A stretch of DNA of 64,000 bases from Octopus vulgaris (taxonomy: Eukaryota), in NCBI GenBank assembly GCA_951406725.2, contig OX597820.1, positions 3,844,001 through 3,908,000 on the forward strand. The letters run 5' to 3'. The position numbers were made by a program, and so were the translations under genes. The notes under the pieces were generated by a model. The model was not told the DNA's origin. It did no database searches and saw only the letters and a program-made list of their open reading frames with translations. Shown one piece after another: positions 38,930 through 51,231 of this stretch; the stretch's first letter is position 1, and the number at the start of each line of letters is the position of its first letter.

Positions 38930-39790
38930 AATATGGCACATCTGTTGAAGCATGCTTTCCGCATTTCTCTCAAGCTGCCCTCAAGACACACATCTCACTC
39001 CCACATAGCAGAACACTTCACATATAAGCATCATACAATCTGCCCTTGATTTTCAGGGATAATCCCTTGTTGCCAGCGGAGAGGATTATGCTCAGAACTT
39101 TCTCTGACCCTTTCTTATTCTAGCTGCCACAGTTTCAGAATTTCTACCGTCTCCCCTACACTGCTAATTTGGACTCCTGAGTAACAAAAACTGTTAACTA
39201 TTTCTAGGGCCCCATCTGAGCATTTGAGGGAATATTTCTTGAGCACTCATAGTGTTCACTGCCCCAGCGCACCCATTCTGCATATGTAATCTACCTTTTT
39301 CTGTTAACGAGCTTTTGACCCCACTGCCCCTTTTGTGTGTCAATTGATTACTGTTGATACACTTTATGGAATTTCTACCAATTCCTTTTATGCAGATGGA
39401 ATTCAAGGAGGTGCTGAAAAGTTCCTGGCTTTAAGAGTATTGCAAAAGGCCTGGTTGGAACCTAAACCTTCAAAGTTCTTTTATAGGGCTTAGAAAAACT
39501 GAAGGACCGCTGCAATAAGTGTGTGAATCTGGGAGGGGAATATGTTCAATAAAATCATAATTAACTGATCCTCCTGTATTTTCTTTTACCCAAAGCCAGG
39601 GACTTTTCAACACCCTCTCATGCGGCCATTTCCCTAATGCTATCAGATTTACCTTCCTTCCTAAATACTAAAATTTTTTCAGTAAGTTTACCTTAAATTC
39701 TAGGTTTTACTTCCATGTCAAGAATTTCAGCTTCAGTTTTTCTATTGATTCTGCTATAAGAGCCAAGTTGTTAGCATACAAGAATTCTTA
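38930..39790 (-). mobile_element. Old degraded RTE LINE fragment
   Basis: Minus strand reads SICIKGIGRNSIKC...THKR, plus a degraded LLYANNLALIAES motif. Confidence 0.7.
39404..39621 (+). mobile_element. mariner-derived non-autonomous element nested in the RTE fragment
   Basis: TIRs ggtgctgaaaagttcctggcttt / aaagccagggacttttcaacacc. Internal KLKDRCNKCVNLGGEYVQ* resembles the mariner transposase C-terminus. Confidence 0.8.
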
Positions 39791-40992
39791 AATTCTTGTT
39801 ATGGCTTGATTGGCTGTAATAAATAGGAGTGGTCAGTTGAATCATTGAGTAATGTTGACCTGTTCTTTCCTGTGGATAAGTGCTGGACATTTTATACACT
39901 CTAGTTTTTCATTGTTGACATTTTCTTCACTTTAATTCAGATATAATTTATATAAACGATGTTTTAGTAATTAAATATCTTTATCCCAGTTTTTCTTAAT
40001 GATCAGTCATGCACCATCATCATTGTCATCATCATCATCATCAACAATCACAACTGTTACATGGCAAGGTGAGAGTGAGCACACACACATACATATAGAT
40101 GCAAGCACACACACAAATACACACACGTGTATGTGTGTGTGTTGAATAAAACAATAGAAAGCCATCTGATACATTTTTTGTAAAAGACCAACTTATTGTA
40201 AACAAATTCTTATCCAGTCACAAATGATATTTTGTGTTAGAATTCAGGTGAAATCCAATACATCTCAACACTTGAATGGGAATTCCACCAATATTTAATT
40301 CTGTAGCAGACAGGTCAGAACCTTAAGATCTAGAAAGAAAGAATTGGTAGAAAAATTTAGGAATCTTGATGGAAATAATTTGGGAATAACTTGTCAACTT
40401 GATACATGTAGATATATTAAACATACATTCGTTGTATACAGTCTGTTTATATTTCTGTGTATATTATGATGTGTAGATATATAAAACATATACATTGTAT
40501 ATAACAGTGTGTCTGTATGTCTTTGTATATTGAGATGCGTGTGTAGGTGCAGGAGTGGCTGTGTGGTAAGTAGCTTGCTTACCAAACACATAGTTCTGGG
40601 TTCAGTCCCACTGTGTGGAACCTTGGGCAAGTGTCTTCTGTTATAGTCTCAGGCCAACCAAAGCCTTGTGAGTGGATTTCGTAGATGGAAACTGAAAGAA
40701 GCCTGTCATATATATATATATATATATAATTAATATAGGATAAAATTTTTTTCGGGAAAAAAATTTTATCAATGGCCAGCATATCAAAAAATGCCTTTAA
40801 AGGTAAAATTTATACATAATTTACAAGATAAGGGCAGAATAAAAATTCTAATGCCAAATATGCCGAAACAAAAAATTGTTGATAACCATTATAATTTATG
40901 CGTCTCGAAACAAACTGATAGAAATCTCTAAAAAATTCGTTATTACTGTATTGGATTTTTCTTCTGCCCTTATCTTGTAAATTATATATATA

Positions 40993-41480
40993 TCATCATC
41001 ATCATCATCGTTTAAACGTCCGTTCTCCATGCTAGCATGGGTTGGACGGTTCGACCGGGGATCTGGAAAGCCAGAAGGCTGCACTAGGCCAGTCAGCTCT
41101 GGCAGTGTTTCTACAGCTGGATGCCCTTCCTAACGCCAACCACTCCGTGAGTGTAGTGGGTGCTTTTTACGTGCCACCTGCACAGGTGCCAGGTGAGGCT
41201 GGCAACGGCCACAGTCGGATTGGTGTATTTTATGTGCCACCTGCACGGAAGCCAAACGAGGCGGTGCTGGCATCGGCCACGAGTCGGATAGTGCTTTTTA
41301 CGTACCACCAGACCAGGGATCCTGGCTGGTTCAATTCGATTTCGATTTCGCTTGCCCCAACATGTCTTCGCAAGCAAGGGGGTTGGCATGGGTGCCTGTC
41401 GTACGGTCAGATTGGTGTATTTTACGTGCCACCGGCACGGAAGCCAGTGGAGGCATCAGCCACGAGTCGGATAGTGCTTT
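40993..41480 (-). mobile_element. RTE 3'-UTR tail, young subfamily. Representative of about 20 tail-only copies, e.g. 25850-26060, 33370-33860, 36540-36770, 37450-37630, 38620-38900, 42600-43035, 45375-45840, 48915-49240, 53110-53370, 59190-59848, 62345-62620, 63760-64000
   Basis: Shared ..gtggttggcgttaggaagggcatccagctgtagaaac...ccaacccatgctagcatggaaa.cggacgttaaac(gat)n, matching the 3' end of the 17.4-19.6 kb LINE. Confidence 0.9.
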
Positions 41481-41532
41481 TATATATATATGTCTTGTAG
41501 AGAATTAATGCTTTTGTTTTATTTGATTGCAG

Positions 41533-41636
41533 GAATCCAGAAAGGTAACAAGGTGTCTTTGTATATGCCGATGATTCTCGAACTGGTCATTGCAATGTTG
41601 GCTTGCGCTCGGCTCGGAGTTGTTCATTCAATTGTG
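41533..41636 (+). CDS. ACSS2: ACSS2-like exon 3 (104 bp): (G)[34 protein letters not shown]
   Basis: Acceptor ttgcag|GA completes the Gly codon. Contains the classic YMPMI.E...AMLACAR.G..HSIV motif. Donor GTG|GTGAGA, phase 0. Confidence 0.95.
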
Positions 41637-41750
41637 GTGAGAAACTTTACCATTCTCCATTCTAATCTTCCTCTTCCCTTTCATATATGCAAATTTATTA
41701 AGATGGCTATTCACAGTTTACAACCGAAAGGCAACAAGTACAGTCGTCAC

Positions 41751-41907
41751 TAAAGTGACAGAGGGTGCTAGGGAGCACCAGCATTGCTAGAAATAAGTGT
41801 CAAACAACTCTTAGCAATGTGAGAGCATGTGCTCTCATGTGTCTAAGATTTGTCTTGAACCTTATTTCTAGCAATGCTGGTACTCCCTAGCACCCTCTAT
41901 CACTTTA
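41751..41907. repeat. Imperfect hairpin of about 157 bp, about 115 bp downstream of ACSS exon 3
   Basis: taaagtgacagagggtgctagggag.accagcattgctagaaataag ... cttatttctagcaatgctggt.ctccctagcaccctct.tcacttta, centred on gagagcatgtgctctc. Confidence 0.9.
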
Positions 41908-41918
41908 CTGATGGCTAT

Positions 41919-41968
<50 letters not shown>

Positions 41969-43510
41969 TTTATCCTTTACGTGTTTTAATCATTGTGCTG
42001 CAGCCATGCTGGGGCACCACCATGAAGGGTTTAGTCAAACAAATGGACTTCTGTGAAGTCTGGTATTCTATTGGTCTTGTTTTGCTAAACCACTAAGTTT
42101 TGAGGATATAAACAAACCAACACTGGTTGTGAAGTGTTGGTAGTGTTGTGCATGCATAGTATGTAGACAGGGCTATAACCCAAGCTGTGCCCTCATGATT
42201 CACATCTGCTTTTTCCAGTATTCCAAAGTTGTATGAAGATGTTATATCTGTGTGAGGCATGCATAAGAGTTGAAAAATACTGGGAATAGTTTTGATAGAG
42301 AAATCACATTAAAATAGGAAATGGTAAAAAGCATTTTCTCCATGTATATAAATCCTTAAATCCTTAAAAATGTTTTAGCCCGAAGGCCGCGGCCATGCTG
42401 GGGCACCACCGCTGTAGTATATATATATATATATAGTATATATATACAAGAATCTGTCTATATATGTATGTCATTATTTAGCCTCTGTGTATGTGTGCGT
42501 CTGTATTATTAATATGTGTCAGCGTCTATCAATCTTGCTTTTTCTCTGATGTAAATATGTAAACATATGTGTATGTTTATATATTCTTAATTTGTAGGAT
42601 ATCATCATCATCATCATTTAATGCCCGTTGTCCATGCTGGTGTGGGTTGGATGGTTTGACTAAGGATGGCAAGCTGAGAGGCTGCACCAGGCTCCAGTCT
42701 GATCTGGCAGTGTTTCAACAACTGGATGCCCTTCCTAACACCAACCACCCTGAGAGTGTAATGGATACTCTTATGTGCCACTGGCATAGGTGCCAGTTGC
42801 GTGACCCCAGTATCTGCCACAACTACAATTCCACTTGCCTTGATGGGTCTACTAGTCAAGCGTGACATATTGCCAAACGTCTCGGTCATTTGTCATTGCT
42901 TCTGTCAGACCCAACACTCGAAAGATTCTGTTTATGTGCCACTGGCACGGGGGGCTAGTTATGAGACACCAGCATTGGCCACATTGCTTCCGTGAGGCCC
43001 AGTGCTCGAAAGGTGCTTTTTATGTGCCACCAGCACAGAAAACAAATCTTTTATATCCAACATAACATGGATGTGTTGCTAGAACACTAAACACTGTGTT
43101 ATTAGCCTCGAGAGATCCTCCCATACAGGTGCTCCCTGCATAAAAGCACACACATAAATTTTAGCAGGTGAGAATTGTCTCTCATGAGCATGAGAGAATT
43201 CTTGTATCGTGTAATTTAAGTCTACTGGATCTAATCACCATGAAGCACCAGTCACCACATGTCAGTCAGATTTCAATGCCCCCATATAAAGAATACCAGC
43301 ATCTTTTCAGACACTCATGTAGCAAATAGCCAACAGGCTTGTTAAAAATTAATTGTTAGTGATGGAAATAGTATTAATGCCAAAAGGTAATCTTAATCTC
43401 CGACTAAACATAGATGTGTCGTTAGAACACTGAATACTGCATTATTAGCCTTGAGAGATCCTCTCTTATCGGTGCTTGGTGCATAACAGCACAGTGTTCT
43501 AACAAGGTAT

Positions 43511-43547
<37 letters not shown>

Positions 43548-44108
43548 TACCAGTCATGTGCCATCAGTAATTACTCAGGGTAGGCAGTTGGTGATGTTTA
43601 TGTAGCAAAACACACAAAAAAAAAGCAAAACACAGGCGCATGACTGAGTTGGATGCAGATTTGCTTCTGCCTTTAGAGTGCGTAAAGAAAATGTTATTGT
43701 AGGAGTGTACGCAGCATGTGTACCACAGCAGTTCTATGCATAGCTTAGATACTGAGATTGAAACGCAGGTGTAAATTATGCCTACCTGATCTACAAAAAA
43801 ATAGAATATTTTGTATTTTATGCAGAGTAATCAGAGCAACCTTCATAATTTTATTGAATTAGGTGCATATTTAGCCACAAAAGGAAAATGTTGCTATCGA
43901 TCTATTTTATTCATGTTAGGCACTGTCTACATTACCTACCTAGGCAGCATGTCCCTGATATATATATATATTTTTTTAAGAAAATAGAGAGATAATTAAA
44001 TTAATAATTATTTATTAATTATAAAATAGGACATCATCTCTATAATTAATATATAATATTGGGACGTCATCATATAATTAATTTATAATTAATAAATGAC
44101 TGGTATGC

Positions 44109-44142
<34 letters not shown>

Positions 44143-44143
<1 letters not shown>

Positions 44144-44448
44144 GAGGCGCAATGGCCCTGTGGTTAGGGCCACAGACTCGCGGTTGTAGGATCGCGGTTT
44201 CGATTCCCAGACCGAGCGTTGTGAGTGTTTATTGAGCAAAAACACCTAAAGCTCCACGAGGCTCCGGCAGGGGGTGGTGACGACCCCTGCTGTACTCTTT
44301 CGCCACAACTTTCTCTCACTCTTTCTTCTATTGGCCTGCTCGCTTAGCCAGTGGGGTGGCGTCTTTTAAAAGCTAAAACAATGCGAAGCGCATTGTGACC
44401 AGCGATGTGTAGCAACATCTGATAGCCTGGTCGGTCATGGTGGTCCCG

Positions 44449-44452
<4 letters not shown>
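44143..44452 (+). mobile_element. tRNA-derived SINE family 3 inside a (TA/TG)n tract; 3' fragment on the - strand at about 25598-25712
   Basis: A box tggccctgtggttagggc, B box ggtttcgattccc, CpG-rich (young). Its tail is homologous to the 25.6-kb fragment. Confidence 0.8.
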
Positions 44453-44491
<39 letters not shown>

Positions 44492-47309
44492 GGATACCTT
44501 GTTAAGTGTCTATTTTCTTATTTTCTTAAAAATATATATAAACCCTGGTTTATCCAATTACCTTACAGTTGAATATTAATTATAATATTCAATACTTATT
44601 GTAATCGGTAATAAAGCAGTAAATTCATTGGAATTTATTATCCCTTAATGAGGTTTGTAACCTTTATTTGAACTGTTATACACAGGTGCAGGCATGGCTG
44701 TGTGGTAAAAAGCTTGCTTCCCAACCACATGGTTCCGGGTTCAGTCCCACTGCGTGACACCTTGGACAAGTGTTTTCAGCTATAGCCTCAGGCCGACCAA
44801 GGTCTTGTGAGGAAATTGAAAGAAGCCCGTCGTGTGTGTGTGTGTGTGTGTATTTATATATATATATGTATATGTGTATGTTTGCATGTCTGTGTTTGTC
44901 CCCTCACCGTTGCTTGACAACCAATGTTGGTGTGTTTACATCCCCATAACTTAGTGGTTCAGCAAAGGAGACCGATGGAATAAGTACTAGGCTTACAAAG
45001 AATAAGCCCTGTAGTTGATTTGTTCAGCTAAAAGGAGATGCTCCAGCATGGCCGCAGTCAAATGACTGAAACAAGTAAAAGAATAACAGAATATATGTAT
45101 AAAAAAAACAGCTGACAGTGTGGAGGGGTTACTTTCGCCCCAGCAGACAACTCCTCTGCTGCTTGTTATCATCGTTGTCTTCATCCTCATTTAACATCCA
45201 TGGTCCAAGCTGGCATCGGCTGGATTTTGATAGGATTTGATGTGTCCAAGCTCTGCATTGTGCTCCAGTGTCTTTTGTGGCATGATTTTCTAATGCCAAC
45301 CACTTTACACCAAACAGGTGTGCATAACGATGCAGGAAAACAGTGAAAAGGTAAAGATTTATTAGTAACAATACGTGATCGTTGCCGGAGCAACAAGCTG
45401 GCCTTCGTACCAGTGGCATGTAAAAAACACCATTTGAGCGTGATTGTTACCTGTGTTGCCTTACTGGCACTTGTGCTGGTGGCATGTGAAAAAACATTCG
45501 AGCGAGGCCGTTGCCAGTGCCACTGGACTGGCTCCTGTGCAAGTGACACATAAAAAGCTCCATCTGAACGTGGTCAATGCCAGTACCCACTGACTGGATC
45601 CTGTGCCGGTGGCATGTAAAAAGCTCCATCTGAACATGGTCATTGCCAGTGCTGCTGGACTGGCCCTCGTGCCAGTGGCACGTAAAACCACCCACTACAC
45701 TCTCGGAGTGGTTGGTGTTAGGAAGGGCATCCAGCTGTAGAAACTCTGCCAGATCAAGATTGGAGCCTGGTGCAGCAGTCCTCGGTCAAATCGTCCAACC
45801 CATGCCAGCATGGAAAGCGGACGTTAAACGATGATGATGAATACATGTAAATCAGTTGAAGCTGTAAGCATGGCATTACTGAGCCTTTTTAATCAGGGAG
45901 AAGTTATACAAGAGAAATGTAGCAGTGGTACATACGATATATAAGTAGATATCAGTCCCACTGCGCGGCACCTTGGGCAATTGGCTTTTGCTGTAGCCTT
46001 GGGCCGACCGAAGCTTTGTAATTGAATTTGGTTGGCAGGAGTCACTGCCATGTGTGACCATGTGTGTGTAAGTGCTTGTGCCTCCTAACATCAACAGGAA
46101 ACAGGAAAGGTAATACAGGGGTGATATGAAAGCATAGAGGTAAGAAATAAAATCACCTGAGTGAAAGTGAGGGAGAGTGTAGGGGGAGGGTAGAGAGAGA
46201 GAGAGAAGAAAGGAGAGGAAGAAATTAGAATTGACAAAGGAACGTTTAGATGATAATAAGCAGACTAAATCTGTCATAGTATGTGAAGCTAGAAGATTAT
46301 AGAGAGGAGATGAAAGGTCATAGTAGAGCAGTTATGAAGAAAACAATTAGGGAAGGAGTCAATTGTATGTCCCTTGACATGCAAATGTCAGCTCTAGTTT
46401 TAGCAGCCTGAATACTTTGGAAGCAGCCAAGCATAGAGATCACTAAGTCATGAGAAGAATTTTAAAATACTAAGCAAAATGAATACAAAATAAGGAGACA
46501 ATAAAGGGAAGATAGGGTTTAACCCTTTAGTGTTCAGATTAATCTGTTTAGTGTAATACTTTTTTCACTCAAATCATTTAAAATTAATCATACATTATCT
46601 TACAACTTTGAAATTTCAATGGTGTGATAGTTTATTCTTAGAATATCAATGTAGGTTAGGTGTGAGGGGCTAGATATGGCCAGTTTGAATGTAAAACATG
46701 TAGGATATTTGGGCCGGATATGGCCGGCTTAAACACCAAAGGGTTAAAGGAGGGACTGTAGATGTATATCCTTGCATCAGGGATATATATACGTAGTCCC
46801 TCCTTATATATATATCAGGGACCTTGGCATTTCTTTAGAATAAAAGATATGTTGTAGATCAAACTATGCTTGGAGGATTTCATTTATGTCTAAAAAGGCA
46901 CTCCAAAATGGCTAAGACATCAAGGTTAGATTGAAGTACAGGGAAATAGTTGTCTAAAGTGATCTTGGAATATTAAGGACTATCTTTTCCATTTTTAAAA
47001 ATTATTATTTATGTTTGTGTGTCATCGGGACAAATGACTTCGATGCCTTGTATAACTGTTTGTCAATCTTTTGTTTTAGTGTGTGTGTGTGTGTGTAGTG
47101 GACAAATGAAAGAAAGAGGTGCTCAGTAGATTTGGATGCAGTTATATTATTATTATTTAATAACAGTTTGATTTGGGTCCATGCAACTTTAAGTTTTAAA
47201 GGTTCATCACTTGTACCTAGCTTGTCAGGCTTAGGTGACTGAAGCCTGGTGAGGGAGCTTTGTATCATGATCCTCCTCCGAAACTGTAAACTTGCCAACA
47301 AACAAAAAA

Positions 47310-47590
47310 AAACAAAGAAATCTTGCATGAATAGTACCGAAGACAACTGGAAAGGCAAACTCCTGCATGGGAAACATCCTAACAACCTGTCCAAGCCAGG
47401 TATTGATCAAAATCTAACACACCAATGGCTACAAGGGACAGGTCTGAAAGGGGAAACAGAAGGTTTTGTTATAACAGTGCAAGATCAGAGCTTACCCACC
47501 AGAAACTACCATGCAAACGTCCTTAAAGATGGATCTGACCTCTCGTGCAGAATTTGCGGAAAATTCGCAGAGACACTTGATCATTTTTTA
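47310..47590 (+). pseudogene. R4/Dong-clade LINE ORF fragment (zinc-knuckle region)
   Basis: Reads WKGKLLHG...WL..TGLKGETEGFVITVQDQSLPTRNY...CRICGKFAETLDH. Confidence 0.85.
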
Positions 47591-48010
47591 TGTTTTCCAT
47601 GTATTTTTCACAGGTCCAGCTGGTACGCATAAATATATATAAAAAGTGTTTTCGTATGTGTGTGTGTAAACACACATATATATGTAGGTATGTAAAATGT
47701 GAAGAATGTAAGAAATGGAAAAGGTAAATAAAGACTACATATGTTTCATAGCTAAACTATTTGTTATACAACTTGTAGCACAAAACCTGTTTAGTTAATC
47801 ATCAAGGTTGATTACCTTCAAGTTGCTTACATTGTCACATAGACATGCATATATACGTACACACACACACACACATGCATAAAGTAGATGCGCTAATATG
47901 TAACAAATTACCATAGAGGGTTGGGACTTAGATATAGGGATGTTAAACTTCCACAGCTGCATAATATTATAAGTGGTGCTTTCATATGGATTAGAGTGCT
48001 ATTACATATT

Positions 48011-48268
48011 AGAGTGCGGGCTATGAACTGCAAGATTCCGAGCTTGATTCCAGGCAGTGACCTGAATAAAAATAATAATAATAATAATAACAGCATCGAA
48101 AAATACCTTAAGAATGAGAACCCAGGTTCGAAATTTCCCCAAGACACCTGATGAAGGCTGGAGGGTATATCAGCTGAAATGTTGTTGCTAACAACAAACA
48201 AGATGAGGACAAATATCCGTCAAATGTAAACAGTGTACATAATTCCTCATCTCTTAAATATAGAACTG
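48011..48268 (+). mobile_element. Family A tRNA/hammerhead element; further copy at 50240-50455 on the - strand
   Basis: Partial tRNA head, (AAT)n, CTGATGA at 48148, GGCTG..CAGCT-GAAAT-GTT, and a complete tail ending tagaactg. Confidence 0.8.
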
Positions 48269-49593
48269 TATTAGCTATTACAGATTTGGCAGAGCCATAT
48301 GTAATTTAGAGAGTATTCTTAGAAAACAAACAATTGTCAGTAATTGTAATTCTTTGTACTTATGGCAGCGTTTACCTGGGGTGTGTTGAGCCAGCTCCGG
48401 CCAACAGGTTCACCACATCCCTCGTAAATGTTGACCACTGGCTAAAGTTCAAACTGTAATGGATGCCCTCTCTTCACTTCACTGCAGAAGACCATGGATG
48501 TAGGGTTTCTATTATGCTTCTATGTCTGTTATTGTATTTTGGGGTTTGGACTTCATTTCAAACCCCAAAATGCAACAACACTGCTGCATCAACTCTCTAC
48601 AAGTCAGTAATTAATAATTATTAATTACTAAAGTGATCATCAAGTACCTCTTCAGATATTGTTGCAATATAATTTATGGAATCAATTTTGTCTTGAGGTA
48701 GACACATGAATTTTGGTTCCACCCATGATGGAATGGGAGAAAGAAAAAGAAGAGAGAAGAAGGGAAAAATTAACACTAATAATAAAAAGAAAAAAATAAA
48801 TAATATTTCTGGGCAAATATAACACAATTTAGATTTGGTGGAAATGAAGTCATGGTGGCGCAGACGAGAGTGGGTTGTTAAAACAAAATGAATTGGACTG
48901 TAAAATTCATATATGGACTGGTGGCACATAAAAAGCACTATCCGAATCGTGGCCGATGCCAGCGCTGCCTCGACTGGCTTCCATGCCGGTGGCACGTAAA
49001 AAGCACCAATTCGACCGTGGCCATTGCCAGCCTCGCCTGGCACCTGTGCAGGTGGCACGTAAAAAGTACCCACTACACTCACGGAGTGGTTAGCGTTAGG
49101 AAGGGCATCCAGCTGTAGAAACATTGCCAGATAAGACTGGAGCCTGTTGCAGCCTTCTGGCTTCCCAGATCCCCGGTCGAACCGTCCAACCCATGCTAGC
49201 ATGGAGAACGGACGTTAAACAATGATGATGATGATGATGATATATATATACATTCACACACACACACATTTAGTAATAAATAATAATGATAGTAATAAAT
49301 AGGAGATATATAAAGAAATGAATGGGTTAAGTGGTTTTATATATATCATCGTCATTTAATGTCCACCTTCCATGCTGGCATGGGTTGGACTGTTTGACTA
49401 AGGAGTGGCGAGCCAGTAGGCTGCACCAGGCTCCAATCTGATCTGGCAAGGTTTCTACAGCTGGATACCCTTCCTAACGACAACCACTCAGAGAGAGTAG
49501 TGGGTGCTTTTATGTGCCACCTGCACAGGAGCCAGTCAGGTGGTACTGGCAACGACCATGCTCGAATGTTATATATACATATATATGTATGTG

Positions 49594-49627
<34 letters not shown>

Positions 49628-49933
49628 CATACACACACACATTTAGTAATAAATAATAGTGATAGTAATAATAGTGAAAAAATATAAGGAAAAATCAGTT
49701 GAAAGAAATAGGAGATATATAAAGAAATGACTGGGTTAAATGTTTTTTTATCTATATATATAGGCGCAGGAGTGGCTGTGTGGTAAGTAGCTTGCTAACC
49801 AACCGCATGGTTCCAGGTTCAGTCCCACTGCGTGGCATCTTGGGCAAGTGTCTTCTGCTATAGCCCCGGGCCGACCAATGCCTTGTGAGTGGATTTGGTA
49901 GACGGAAACTGAAAGAAGCCTGTCGTATATATG

Positions 49934-49966
<33 letters not shown>

Positions 49967-50752
49967 TTGTGTGTCTGTGTTTGTCCCCCTAGCATTGTTT
50001 GACAACCGATGCTGGTGTGTTTACGTCCCCATCACTTAGCGGTTCGGCAAAAAGAGACCAATAGAATATGTACTGGGCTTACAAAAAGAATAAGTCCCGG
50101 GGTCGAGTTGCTCGACTAAAGACGGTGCTCCTTCATGGCCGCAGTCAAATGACTGAAACAAGTAAAAGAGTAAAAGAGTATATCAAAGTAAACTAAGTTT
50201 GCTTTAGAAGTGTTGAGATGTATTGAAAGATACAGAAATAATTTACATTATTTACATTCAACGGATATTTGTCCTCATCTTGTTTGTTGCCAACACAACA
50301 TTTTTTGGCTGATATACCCTCCAGCCTTCATCAGGTGTCTTGGGGAAATTTCAAACCTGGGTTCTCATTCCTAAGGTATTTTTTAAAGTTATTATTATTA
50401 TTCAAGTCACTGCTTGGAATCGAACTCAGAATCTTGGGGTTAACCACTATGTCATATGCCCAAAATGATTTATTTTCAGATGCATGGTAATGCTAATACA
50501 ATAGCACGAACAGGATAAACTATCCATATATTGCAGTGTCTTATAAAGCTAGATTTATAAGTCCCAAATTTGCAGAAGAATTCGTTATTGGGCAGTTTAG
50601 CTTGAAGGTTAAAGCACTTGATGTGTAATCACAGGGATGTGAGTTCAAATCTCATGGCTGGAAGGCAACGATTTTTTTTCTGCAATATATGAATAGTTTA
50701 TCCTGTTCATGATTGTATTTGCATTATCATACGTTTGAGAATAAATTATTTT

Positions 50753-50804
<52 letters not shown>

Positions 50805-51101
50805 GGTGGGTGTGTGTGTGTGTATAGTAAAGTCTTTTTGCCAACACAATGTGGCAGTCCTACGCAGGACGATGTTACTACTTTTTAGCCCTAGGAAAAC
50901 ATCTTTTCCAGCTGGCTACTGACACGTGATCTGTGTCCGTAGTATACTACAAGCAAGGGAGTTTATTGCTCCCTTTCTAGCCTTAGCGATACCTGCAGAC
51001 CAATGGTTTCTGGGTTATTTCTCTTCTTTGGTACAGGACAGTCGCCAGCTAGAGATAGCAACCACTCGACCTTGCTCACAGTATACATATATGTATGTAT
51101 G

Positions 51102-51132
<31 letters not shown>

Positions 51133-51158
51133 AAGATTCAATTGAATAAGGTACTTAA

Positions 51159-51231
51159 CCCATGAAGTCCCACTGTCCTATAAGTAGGACACTAAATGAG
51201 AACCTTAAAAAGTCCTCGGCGACTTAATGGG
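51159..51231. mobile_element. Tiny piggyBac-like MITE (73 bp)
   Basis: TTAA-CCCATGAAGTC ... GACTTAATGGG-TTAA. Confidence 0.6.

Noticed and set aside
44158-44176. ctgtggttagggccacag resembles the start of a pistol ribozyme
   Set aside because: It is the D-arm/A box of a tRNA-derived SINE, and the rest of the pistol fold is absent.
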